Shown piece by piece: positions 1 through 8,747 of a stretch of 64,000 bases of DNA. The position numbers and the translations under genes are program-made. The stretch comes from Candidatus Latescibacterota bacterium. GTDB taxonomy: Bacteria; Latescibacterota; UBA2968; UBA8231. The stretch's first letter is position 1. Every line of letters starts with the position of its first letter. The DNA lies in the NCBI GenBank assembly GCA_965204725.1, contig OZ242005.1:4816079-4880078 (forward strand), written 5' to 3'. Below the pieces are notes generated by a model, which was not told where the DNA came from, did not search any database, and saw only the letters and a list, made by a program, of their open reading frames with translations.

Positions 1-679
1 GATCACCGGCGCAATGCCGCTCAAAGCAGGCGTGGACCAAGCGGGCGGCGTCCTCTTGGTGGCACCAGACGGCAAAGTAGCCCCGTTCCGGTGCGCGGGC
101 GTCGTTTTGTGCATTGATGCCGCCCCAGCGCATGGCAACCGCGCTGTGGCCTTGGTCGGCGACCTTTTGCACCCACTCCTCCACGTGGGCTTTTTCGCGT
201 CCGTAGTCGTTGATCGGGTGCGCGGGCACGGCCGCGGGAATCCGCTCGGGCCAAGCGGTTATCTGGTCGAACTGCCGCTCGGCCAACGTCCAATAGAAGC
301 CCGGCTGGTGAAAGTCGTATAGCCCATCAACCGCGTGAACCGAGCTGGACCCGACGATCATCGGCGGCTCGTCTTGGGCCAACACCGCGGCAAAAACCAA
401 GTCGGTCATCCGGTTCATGGCCGCCAAGCCGCCGCCCCGGGCCAGATAGACGACCAAGTCGCATCCGGGGATCAGGGCGCGGAAGTCGTCCGGCGATTCT
501 GTAATATCGAGGTCGATAAAATCCCCGCCGGCATCCGGCTCAGTCGCCTTGTCTAGCGCCCCAGGCAAATCCACGGAAACCATGCGGTAGCGCGGGTCGA
601 GCCGCGGCATATAGGTCCGCAGGCCCGAGCCAATCGCGCCGCGCCCGCCGATGAGCAAAACCTTGTATTCTGACGCCAT
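1..679 (-). CDS. NAD(P)-binding Rossmann-fold protein, epimerase/dehydratase-like; 3' end runs off the window
   Basis: Absent from the ORF track because there is no stop inside the window. Hand translation of the minus strand from ATG 679-677 is open to position 2. It reads MASEYKVLLIGGRGAIGSGLRTYMPRLDP..., with an N-terminal GGxGxxG dinucleotide-binding loop. GGAGG lies 6 nt upstream of the ATG. Track ORFs 14..322(+) and 21..293(-) are other frames of this gene. Confidence 0.55.
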   Translation of the reverse strand, partial: MASEYKVLLIGGRGAIGSGLRTYMPRLDPRYRMVSVDLPGALDKATEPDAGGDFIDLDITESPDDFRALIPGCDLVVYLARGGGLAAMNRMTDLVFAAVLAQDEPPMIVGSSSVHAVDGLYDFHQPGFYWTLAERQFDQITAWPERIPAAVPAHPINDYGREKAHVEEWVQKVADQGHSAVAMRWGGINAQNDARAPERGYFAVWCHQEDAARLVHACFERHCAGD

Positions 680-794
680 GCAACGCCTCCTTTGTGCAGG
701 CAAACCTAAGCGACGAGCCGCCGCTTGACCAGCCTTTGCCGCGCGTCCCGGAAGAAGGCAACCACCCGCCGCTGGGTTTGGATTTCTCGCTTCG

Positions 795-2714
795 TCACAT
801 GTTCGTCAACCAGCGCCCTTTTTCCGCAGTCAGCGCATAGACTGCACCCCATATCCCTGAGACGGAAACCTCGCCCAAAATCAACCCCAGAAAAAACGGC
901 TTGGCGTTCTGGAACAGACGCACGCCGCCAAAGCGGACGATGACCAACTTCAAAAACCAAGCGACCAGCGCCGAAAACCAGATCTGACTCGTCAACCAGC
1001 CCACGGCAATGGCAAAGCCGACCGGGTGCAAAGGCCACCAAAACCACCGATGCTGCGCCCACATTAGAAACCCCTCTACGGCCGCGCCGATTCCCTTGAA
1101 AAGCCAGCCGCGCATGTTGGCCTCGGGCATGTTGAGGATGGTCGGGCCGATGTAGGGCCAGCCGTGGGCACCGGCCCAATCGATCAGGGATAGATTGATC
1201 GCTCCATAGGTGTAGGCCAGTTCCAAGGTCATGTAAGCCGCGCCCACCAAGCTGCACACCAGCGCCAGCATCAGGCCCCAAAACAGCCGCGTCTTGGGGC
1301 CGGGGATCTGTTCGGCGAGTTTGAGACCATTGGCGCAGGCGACCATCGGCGAAGTCCGCGATTCCCCTTGCCAAACAAAGGTGAAGTTGAGGGCGACCAA
1401 GCCCTTGGCCCCGAGGACTGAGGTGCCCAACCCCGAAATGATGAAGTACGCCGGGACAATGGGGCTGCGGGCGGTAGCCACGCCGCCGGTGGCCACCACG
1501 CGCGCGACCAAGATGAAGAACAGCAGGCTGACGACGAGCAAGATCGGGAGCACCGCAATGGGCACCCCCGAACGCCAGAGCCAAACGGCGACGAAGAGCA
1601 GGCTGGCCAAAAAGCCGCAGACGGCCGTGCGATAGCCGAGCAACTCCTCGCTGTCGTCAACGCCGCCGTGCGGGTTCCAGAGCTTGCGCCCGACCTCTTT
1701 GAGATGGGGCCGGGCGGTCCACAGCCCAAAGAGCACCAACACAATGACCGCGCCGGTGGCTTGATGAGTCAGATCGGCCGGTTGCGAGTACTCGTACGCG
1801 CTCAGGCGCTCGGTGCTGGCGATGCCGAGGGTTTTGAAGACCCCTTCCTCCACCTTGGAGAACACATAGAAGAACCAGATGCTGAACGCGATCTCGAGAT
1901 TGACCAAGTAGAAGAAGCCGACCCAAGCCAAGTTGAGCGCGATCGGCAGGTGCAAGGTCTGATTGAAAAGGGAAAAACGGCCTCTAGGGTGGTATTCGGG
2001 TACGAATGGGAAGTAGTGGTTGAGGGCGTTGAGGCTGAGCAGGATGAAGGGCACGGCAAACCCCAGCCACATCCGCTGATTCTTAAAAAAAGGAGCCAAG
2101 CACATATTGGCGTCCTTCTCAATCATGTTCTGCGGCAGTTGGACCATGGGGTAGGTCAGCCGCTCGTGCGTTGACCACTGGCGGTGGAGGATGGTGCTCA
2201 GGCAAATCAGCATGAAGCTCATGGCCACGATCAAGGCCAGCCAGTAGGCCATCGGCTCCATCCAGACGCCCCACGGGATGGACGCACCTTGCGGCAGGCC
2301 CTCGTAGTAATACTTGATGGCCTCGAAATCCTGCGGTGCGATCCACGAGGGAATAAAATCGTAGAACAGCTCGGCGTAGTTGTTTTCTGGGGTCGCGTAG
2401 TAGAAGGGATAGACGATGGTGCCAATGAGGAAGAACATCAGGCCCCAAGTCGGCACCGTGACCGCCATGATCAACATGCAGTAAATCAGGACGAGATCGG
2501 CTTTGGACAGGGCAAAATGGCGGTGGATCAGGGCCACGAACCCATTGACGGCAAAGGTCAGAAAAAAAAAGAGAAACAGGGCACCCGGCGAAGAGGGGTT
2601 AAAGCCGACCCAGTAGTAATTGAACACAACCCCATAAGGGGCGAGCAGACCCACCGCTAGGGAGAGGGCGACGCCGACTAGCAATCCCCGGATGCTGAAA
2701 GGCGAGTGGGGCAT
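795..2714 (-). CDS. Large polytopic membrane protein, function unknown
   Basis: 639-aa ORF dominated by long hydrophobic stretches (LLVGVALSLAVGLLAPYGVVF, ALFLFFFLTFAVNGFVALI and many more). Its start lies 3 nt after the stop of the upstream SDR gene, suggesting an operon. Confidence 0.7.
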   Translation of the reverse strand: MPHSPFSIRGLLVGVALSLAVGLLAPYGVVFNYYWVGFNPSSPGALFLFFFLTFAVNGFVALIHRHFALSKADLVLIYCMLIMAVTVPTWGLMFFLIGTIVYPFYYATPENNYAELFYDFIPSWIAPQDFEAIKYYYEGLPQGASIPWGVWMEPMAYWLALIVAMSFMLICLSTILHRQWSTHERLTYPMVQLPQNMIEKDANMCLAPFFKNQRMWLGFAVPFILLSLNALNHYFPFVPEYHPRGRFSLFNQTLHLPIALNLAWVGFFYLVNLEIAFSIWFFYVFSKVEEGVFKTLGIASTERLSAYEYSQPADLTHQATGAVIVLVLFGLWTARPHLKEVGRKLWNPHGGVDDSEELLGYRTAVCGFLASLLFVAVWLWRSGVPIAVLPILLVVSLLFFILVARVVATGGVATARSPIVPAYFIISGLGTSVLGAKGLVALNFTFVWQGESRTSPMVACANGLKLAEQIPGPKTRLFWGLMLALVCSLVGAAYMTLELAYTYGAINLSLIDWAGAHGWPYIGPTILNMPEANMRGWLFKGIGAAVEGFLMWAQHRWFWWPLHPVGFAIAVGWLTSQIWFSALVAWFLKLVIVRFGGVRLFQNAKPFFLGLILGEVSVSGIWGAVYALTAEKGRWLTNM

Positions 2715-2717
2715 TCC

Positions 2718-3503
2718 CTACTCGGCGGCCGAGGCGGCCAAAAGCCCCCCATCCACCGGCAGGGACGCCCCGGTGATGCAGCCAGCGGCCGGCGAGCAGA
2801 GAAAGGCCACGGCCCGGCCAATGTCTTCGGGGGTTCCCGGACGACGTAGGGGAACGATGTCGTGGAGCCGTTCATGGAGAACGCCCCGTGCCGGAGGCGG
2901 TTCGTTAAAGACGTGATCAGTGTCCATGTATCCGGGCATGATGGCATTGCAGCGGATGCCGTGTTCGCCCAAGTCAACGGCCATGCTTTCGGTCAGGCGC
3001 AAGACGCCGGCTTTGGCGGCTCCGTATGCCGTGTCGTTCTTCCACGCCCGCCGCCCGTGTACCGAGGAGGTGCTGACGATGGCCCCCCCTTCGCCCTGCG
3101 CCACCATGGCGCGCGCCGCCTGCTGCGAGCACAGGAAAAATCCCTTGAGGCCCACGTCGAGGTTTTGATCCCAGTTCTCCTCGCTGAGTTCGAGGAAGGG
3201 CTCGCCCGTGCCGCCGTAGGGGTTGTTGACCAAGATGTCAATGCGGCCAAACCGCTCTAAAAAAGCCGCGAACATCGCCTCGACTTGGTCTCGAGCGGAA
3301 ATATCGCCCGCGAAGAATTCGGCCTCGCGGCCCATAGCGCGGATTAGGCTCAGGGTTTTGTCAACGTCTTCGTCGTCGTGTAGGTCGTTGATCCCCACGT
3401 CGCAGCCAGCTTCGGCTAAAGCGAGAGCAATGCCGCGACCAATGCGGCGCTTACCGCCGGTGACGAGGGCCTTTTTTTCGCGTAGCAAGTAGGGGTCGGA
3501 CAT
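2718..3503 (-). CDS. SDR-family oxidoreductase (3-oxoacyl-ACP reductase-like)
   Basis: Contains the cofactor loop ALVTGGKRRIGRGIA, an NNPYGG block and YGAAK (YxxxK). I moved the start to ATG 3503 (MSDPYLLREKK...), because the first 40 codons of the track ORF overlap the upstream gene. Confidence 0.85.
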   Translation of the reverse strand: MSDPYLLREKKALVTGGKRRIGRGIALALAEAGCDVGINDLHDDEDVDKTLSLIRAMGREAEFFAGDISARDQVEAMFAAFLERFGRIDILVNNPYGGTGEPFLELSEENWDQNLDVGLKGFFLCSQQAARAMVAQGEGGAIVSTSSVHGRRAWKNDTAYGAAKAGVLRLTESMAVDLGEHGIRCNAIMPGYMDTDHVFNEPPPARGVLHERLHDIVPLRRPGTPEDIGRAVAFLCSPAAGCITGASLPVDGGLLAASAAE

Positions 3504-3517
3504 GGTGCGCTCCTTGT

Positions 3518-4252
3518 CTAAACAATTTCGGGGTGGTTGTGCATCGAGGGGGTGGCCATGATGCGCTTTTGTCGCTCGGTTAGCTCGCCGTACTCTTCGA
3601 GGTTGTAAAACTCCTTGGCCCACGTCGAGTAGCCGGGGCTGTACTTATAAAGCAACGTGCGGCGTTGGTGCTCGGCACGCCACGGCATGGTGCCGTGGAT
3701 GAGGGCTTCGGTAAAAAACAAGGCATCCCCGGCTTTGGCCGTGGGTTGGACGACGTAGTGAGCACTGCGCTCGAAGTGCCTGACATCTTGGGGCAGGTTG
3801 CCGGGGTAATTGGTCTTGTGGCTACCCGGTACGCAGGCAAAGCCGCCATCGCCCTCATTGGCATCGGCGAGAAAAAAGGTCACCACGCTCAGGCCGTTGC
3901 GCATCTGGCCGTCGCGGTAGCTAAACCAGTGGTCGGTGTCTTGGCTAGGGCCGCCGTGGAGACCGCCGCGCGCGTCGCCGCGGTTCATGATGATGGCGTA
4001 GTCGTGGTCAATTCGGACCTTGGCGCCGATGAGTTCGATTAAGTAGGGCAGGATTTTGGGGTGGTCGATCAGGTTTTTGGTGGCTTCGCCCCAGCTACTG
4101 ACCTTGTTTAGGTCGTTGCGGGGGTGGTTGTCCCAGCCGGCGAGGTGCTGGTCAACCAGCGCATTGAGGTCGTCTAGTTCCCGTGGGCTGAGGACGTTTT
4201 TGACGACCAGATAGCCCTCCAAGTCAAAGACGAATTTTTCTTCTTCGTTCAT
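3518..4252 (-). CDS. Phytanoyl-CoA dioxygenase (PhyH) family Fe(II)/2-oxoglutarate oxygenase
   Basis: N-terminus MNEEEKFVFDLEGYLVVKNVLS, then blocks VPGSHK and FTEALIHGT typical of PhyH proteins. I moved the start to ATG 4252; the track ORF begins 55 codons upstream, inside the GH32-like gene. Confidence 0.7.
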   Translation of the reverse strand: MNEEEKFVFDLEGYLVVKNVLSPRELDDLNALVDQHLAGWDNHPRNDLNKVSSWGEATKNLIDHPKILPYLIELIGAKVRIDHDYAIIMNRGDARGGLHGGPSQDTDHWFSYRDGQMRNGLSVVTFFLADANEGDGGFACVPGSHKTNYPGNLPQDVRHFERSAHYVVQPTAKAGDALFFTEALIHGTMPWRAEHQRRTLLYKYSPGYSTWAKEFYNLEEYGELTERQKRIMATPSMHNHPEIV

Positions 4253-4265
4253 GGCGTATTCCTTT

Positions 4266-5813
4266 CTATTGCGCGTAGATGTCCTGCATCTGATAGGCGT
4301 CGAGCGCGACGAGTTCGGCGCTCTGGCCCTGTGCCCGCAACGAGACCCCCACGCTGTCGGCGCGGTCGGGATAGACCCGGGCGGCCACGCATTGTTGGCC
4401 GTTGGCAAAGACTTCAACGACGCTTTTATCGACGAAGACCCGCAGCTTGAGCGTCTCGCCCGGGGCGAGGATGACCGGAGCGGTCTCCGGGGCGCGGGAG
4501 AGCACGTCGGGCGCGACCGAAGAATACGAGGTGTCGAGCGAGATTAAGCTCTGGTGGTGGTCGCGGCCAAAGACGCGGTTGCTAAAGCCCCGGTTTTTGA
4601 AGAAGGCAATGCGCGTGTGCTCCTGTTTGCCGGGAGCGCGGAGGACGTTGAGTTCGACCATGGGCGCGTCTTGGGGGTCGATTTCGGCGACGATTTCGAG
4701 GGCGTTGCCGCGGACCGCATCGAGGACGAGCTCTTCGTTGGCCGGGAGAGTGGTTTGGCCGACGCGCTGGTGATCGCGCCGGAGCGACTCCAAGTCGCCA
4801 GCCGGCTCCATCGCGAGCGCGTCGCCGACCACGGTCAGCCGGCGGGGCAGGGTCATAATCTGGTTCCAGCCCTCGGTCGGTTTGCCGGGGTTCATGTTGA
4901 AGAGGGTCAAGACGCCGCCTCGGCCATCGGGGGTCGCCGAAGGGGCGTGGACGCCACAGGGCGCGGCCGCGCCAAAGTTGAATTTGGCTCCGTAGGTCAC
5001 GACAAACTTGTCGCGCTCAGTGTCGTAGTCGCCGAGCAGGTACTGGCCGCCGCTTCGATGGCTGAAGAAGAGGAGGATGTGGCGGTCGCCAATCGGCCAG
5101 AAATAGGGACAGGCTCCGTCGTCGCCGACGAGCGTGTACCCGTCGTCCTCGACGAAGGGGTGGAGATACTCCCAGTGCTCCAGATCGTTGGACTTGAAGA
5201 GGAAGTTGGCGCGCACGGGCTGGCCGGCCGGGCCTTCGGGCTTGGTGCCCGCCGACAGCGAGTAGTACGCGTCGCCCTGCTTCCAGATACAAGGGTCGAA
5301 TACTCGGTAGGGCTGGCCGGGCTGGATGGGAATTACGGCCTTGTTGGCGACCTTTTTCCAGTTGAGCAACAGCGGGTCCGAAGACGTGGCGACCATGTTG
5401 CCGACCTCCGTGCCGTGGTACATGGCAAGGACGCGGTCTTCCTCGACCAGCGTGGCTCCCGAAAAACAGCAGCGTTCTGGGTTCGGATAGATGCAGTAGG
5501 GCAGGTCGCGCCAGTGGACGAGGTCGTCGCTTATGGCGTGGCCCCAGTGCTGGCGGGTGTCCTCTGGCGGGTAGGCTTGGTAGAAGAGATGGTAGCGGCC
5601 CTGCCAGAAGCACAGTCCGTTGGGATCGTTGAGATTGGCTTCGGGATTGATGTAGTGGTAAATGGGGCGGTGCGGATCGCCGGCATACGAGCGGCGTGCG
5701 GCCAGCAGACGCTGCATCAGCGGGTTGGCGGCGAGGGCTTCCTCTTGTTCGGCCAGCGTGTCGGGGAAGGTGTAGTAAGGGACCTTTGAGGTGTAGTCGG
5801 GCGCGGCAGTCAT
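4266..5813 (-). CDS. Glycoside hydrolase family 32-like protein (beta-fructosidase fold)
   Basis: Contains NLNDPNGLCFWQGRYHLFYQ (the GH32 WMNDPNG nucleophile block) and YRVFDPCIW (RDP-like). The usual E-C-P block reads GACPYFW; see findings. Confidence 0.8.
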   Translation of the reverse strand: MTAAPDYTSKVPYYTFPDTLAEQEEALAANPLMQRLLAARRSYAGDPHRPIYHYINPEANLNDPNGLCFWQGRYHLFYQAYPPEDTRQHWGHAISDDLVHWRDLPYCIYPNPERCCFSGATLVEEDRVLAMYHGTEVGNMVATSSDPLLLNWKKVANKAVIPIQPGQPYRVFDPCIWKQGDAYYSLSAGTKPEGPAGQPVRANFLFKSNDLEHWEYLHPFVEDDGYTLVGDDGACPYFWPIGDRHILLFFSHRSGGQYLLGDYDTERDKFVVTYGAKFNFGAAAPCGVHAPSATPDGRGGVLTLFNMNPGKPTEGWNQIMTLPRRLTVVGDALAMEPAGDLESLRRDHQRVGQTTLPANEELVLDAVRGNALEIVAEIDPQDAPMVELNVLRAPGKQEHTRIAFFKNRGFSNRVFGRDHHQSLISLDTSYSSVAPDVLSRAPETAPVILAPGETLKLRVFVDKSVVEVFANGQQCVAARVYPDRADSVGVSLRAQGQSAELVALDAYQMQDIYAQ

Positions 5814-6016
5814 GGAATCCTCCGGCTTGGTAAGGGATCGTTAGGGCGGCGAGAAAGTATAGGGCTTGCGCGAGCGTCAATCCAGTCTGGGGGCAGAAGC
5901 AGCCGAGAGCGGCGCGGTTTGACAGCCGTCGCGTGAATGCGCTCTATTCCCTGCAACGCCATCGCATTGTTCGGGATCGGCGGCTAAACGCGCCATTGCA
6001 AAAGGAGCAGTCTTTT

Positions 6017-6679
6017 ATGGTCAAACCCGAAGTACTAGCAGCCTTTAAGGAATTCGACTCGCCGACGATTTTTAACGCCATCGTCTTAAAATGCGGCCTG
6101 CCCAACGAAGAGTACACCGACCACCGGATCCGCTGTCTGCTGCCGGAATTGGGGCCGATCATCGGCTATGCGGTGACCGTGGAAGTAACGACCAACGACC
6201 CGGACTCCGCAGCCGTGCCTTGGGAAGGGTACTACGAAGCAATCGACGCGATGGAGGGGCCAGCGGTCGCGGTCGTCAAAGACGTAGATTCGCGGCCCGG
6301 GCGCGGGGCCAGCTTTGGCGACGGCATGGCGCGGTTGCACCAGCGGCTCGGCGCGGTGGGGGCCATTGTCGATGGCACGGTGCGCGACTTGGAGGGGATC
6401 CGCCGGGTCGGGCTGCCGATCTTCGCGTGGGGGATGGTGCCCGGGCACGGCGTCTTTAACGCGACGCGGGTCAACGCGCCGGTTTCCGTCGGGTCGGTGC
6501 GGATTCGGCCGGGGGACCTGATCTTTGGCGACGGCGACGGCTGCGTACGCATTCCGCTGGAGCACGCCGCGGACGTGTTGGAATTGGCCGCCGAAGTTCG
6601 GGCCAAAGAAGCGAAGGTTTTTGCCTTGTACGATTCAGACGACTTTTCGCTCGCCAAGTGGCGAGAATCGCGCCAGTAG
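6017..6679 (+). CDS. RraA-family protein (RraA / 4-hydroxy-4-methyl-2-oxoglutarate aldolase-like)
   Basis: Contains GAIVDGTVRDLEGIRRVGLPIFAWG and PGDLIFGDGDGCVRIP, which are typical RraA-fold blocks. I moved the start to ATG 6017, preceded by AAGGAG. Confidence 0.75.
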   Translation: MVKPEVLAAFKEFDSPTIFNAIVLKCGLPNEEYTDHRIRCLLPELGPIIGYAVTVEVTTNDPDSAAVPWEGYYEAIDAMEGPAVAVVKDVDSRPGRGASFGDGMARLHQRLGAVGAIVDGTVRDLEGIRRVGLPIFAWGMVPGHGVFNATRVNAPVSVGSVRIRPGDLIFGDGDGCVRIPLEHAADVLELAAEVRAKEAKVFALYDSDDFSLAKWRESRQ

Positions 6680-6703
6680 CACCGCCGCCCACAGGAGGAC
6701 CGC

Positions 6704-7579
6704 ATGGAGACCACCACGGTAAAAATTGATCCCAAAGAAGAAATCGGCTTTATGACGGTGGACGAGGCCGATTTTGCCGCTTTCTCCCTGAGTCAGCAGA
6801 TCCGCCATCTCGAAGTGGAGGGCTACGTGCTCCTGCCGGAGGTGCTCGGCCCCGAGCACCTTGCCGAGCTGAAGGACGAGCTAAAGGACCTGCCGATGAC
6901 TCACAAGGACTACAGCAAGGCCCAAACCGTCCACCACGAACCCCAGTGCGCGAGCCGAGCGGTGGCCGAGCTGATCGGCCATCCGCCGATCGCAGAGTTC
7001 CTCAGCGCACTCATGGGGCCGGACATCGTGTTCACGCACGGGCTTTTTACCCGCACCCTCTCCGGCTCGCCGGGCATTTCAATGCACACCGACGGCCAGC
7101 CTTATGGCTCATCGATCTTTGGCTACGAAGGCTCTTCGCCGCGCCTTTTGCGGGTGCTCTACTACCTCGACGACCTACCGCCCGAGCGCGCGCCCTTCCG
7201 GCTCATTCCGCGCTCTCATCTCTCGTTTCACGCCCAAGCCAACCCGTATGTGCGCTACATCTCGCATCCACAGGAGATTACCCTCTGTCCCAAGGCCGGT
7301 TCGGTCGTCATGATACCCGCACTGCTCTTCCACGGCACTCATCCCAACCGGGACTTGGCCGCTCGGGAACTGATTCAGTTCGGCTACCGGCCGGCTTGGG
7401 CGGGGCCGGTTCAGCCAATGGACGAGTGGGATTCAGAATGGGTGAAAAACGCGCCGGCCGCGGCCCAACCGTTCCTCCAAAGCCGCAACACGACCGGCAA
7501 GGAATGGAAACAGGCCCACAAACCCCAAGGCATGCAGCGCGACGCCCCGGGTATCAATCCAGACCGCTGGGCGGACTGA
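6704..7579 (+). CDS. Phytanoyl-CoA dioxygenase (PhyH) family oxygenase, second copy
   Basis: Contains an HxD motif (ISMHTDGQ), LIPRSHL and LLFHGTHPN (distal His). It is a paralogue-type relation to 3518..4252. Confidence 0.7.
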   Translation: METTTVKIDPKEEIGFMTVDEADFAAFSLSQQIRHLEVEGYVLLPEVLGPEHLAELKDELKDLPMTHKDYSKAQTVHHEPQCASRAVAELIGHPPIAEFLSALMGPDIVFTHGLFTRTLSGSPGISMHTDGQPYGSSIFGYEGSSPRLLRVLYYLDDLPPERAPFRLIPRSHLSFHAQANPYVRYISHPQEITLCPKAGSVVMIPALLFHGTHPNRDLAARELIQFGYRPAWAGPVQPMDEWDSEWVKNAPAAAQPFLQSRNTTGKEWKQAHKPQGMQRDAPGINPDRWAD

Positions 7580-7655
7580 GGGATGGCTAGAACTTGCCCG
7601 GCCAGCACCAAGTTGCGACCGTAAGGCTGGCCTTCTTTTAGCGGAGGACTACGAC

Positions 7656-8669
7656 ATGGAAATGAAAAAAAACCAGCGCAAAATAAACTGGTATCGGTGT
7701 CCCTTGCCGCGCGAGGCACTCCACGCGCTCAACCAGCGCAGCGACTTCTGGGGGCTCCTACAAACGCTGGGGCACTTGGGGCTGCTGGCGGCGACTAGCG
7801 CGGGGGCTTGGTACGCGGCCGAGCACTTGGCGTGGCCGTGGCTGCTGCTGATCCTCTTTTTTCACGGGACGTTCTACGCCTTTTTGCTCAACGGCTTCCA
7901 CGAATTGTGTCACTCCACAGTCTTCAAGAGCAAGTTCCTCAACTACTTCTTCCTGCGCGTGTTCAGCTTTCTCGGCGCGTACAACCACATCCATTTCTGG
8001 ACCAGTCACACCGAGCACCACAAGTACACGCTGCACCCGCCCGACGATCTCGAAGTGGTTCTGCCGGCCCAACTGCGATTTGTCGATTTTCTCAAGAGCG
8101 CGGTTGTAAATCCGTGGGGCTTGTACGCCCGCTACAAGACGACTGTGCGGCGGGCATTCGGGAGATTAGAGGGCGAATGGGAGCTGGTGCTCTTTCCCGA
8201 GTCGGCACCGGACAAGCGGCGACAGCTCATTCGCTGGGATCGCTTCTTGTTAGTGGGGCACATCCTAATCGTGGGGGTATCCTTGTACTTCGGCCTGTGG
8301 CTGGTGCCGGTGCTCATTACGCTCGCGCCTTTTTACGGGGGCTGGTTGCTGTTTTTGTGCAACAACACCCAGCACATCGGCTTGCAGGATGACGTGCCGG
8401 ATTTTCGGCTCTGCACCCGCACGGTCCTCTTGAATCCGTTTTTCCGCTTTCTCTACTGGCACATGAACTACCACATCGAACACCACATGTACGCCGCGGT
8501 GCCGTGCTACCGGCTCGGCAAGCTACACGCGGCCATCAAAGGCGATCTGCCGCATTGTCCGCACGGGCTGTACGAGGCTTGGACGGAGATCGCGGCCATC
8601 CTCAAGCGGCAAAAGGCCGAGCCGGGCTACGAATACGTGCCAGAATTGCCCACGCCCGTCGCGGCTTGA
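7656..8669 (+). CDS. Membrane fatty-acid desaturase family protein
   Basis: Three histidine boxes (HELCH, HTEHHKY, HIEHHMY) plus hydrophobic segments. Confidence 0.85.
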   Translation: MEMKKNQRKINWYRCPLPREALHALNQRSDFWGLLQTLGHLGLLAATSAGAWYAAEHLAWPWLLLILFFHGTFYAFLLNGFHELCHSTVFKSKFLNYFFLRVFSFLGAYNHIHFWTSHTEHHKYTLHPPDDLEVVLPAQLRFVDFLKSAVVNPWGLYARYKTTVRRAFGRLEGEWELVLFPESAPDKRRQLIRWDRFLLVGHILIVGVSLYFGLWLVPVLITLAPFYGGWLLFLCNNTQHIGLQDDVPDFRLCTRTVLLNPFFRFLYWHMNYHIEHHMYAAVPCYRLGKLHAAIKGDLPHCPHGLYEAWTEIAAILKRQKAEPGYEYVPELPTPVAA

Positions 8670-8747
8670 GGCGGCGGCCTTTCAACGCCAGCGCGAAAGC
8701 CTGCCAAGTGTCAATGTTAGATAAATTACGTAACTCTTTGAAAAACA

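Noticed and set aside
4554-5789. 411-aa ORF on the plus strand. The same type recurs at 706..1584(-), 5017..5880(-), 13836..14723(-), 49628..50827(-), 50606..51544(+), 53635..54630(-) and 55375..56058(-).
   Set aside because: All lie antisense to, or out of frame with, genes that have clear family motifs. Their translations are Arg/Ala/Pro/Gly-rich low-complexity strings, typical of spurious open frames in GC-rich DNA.
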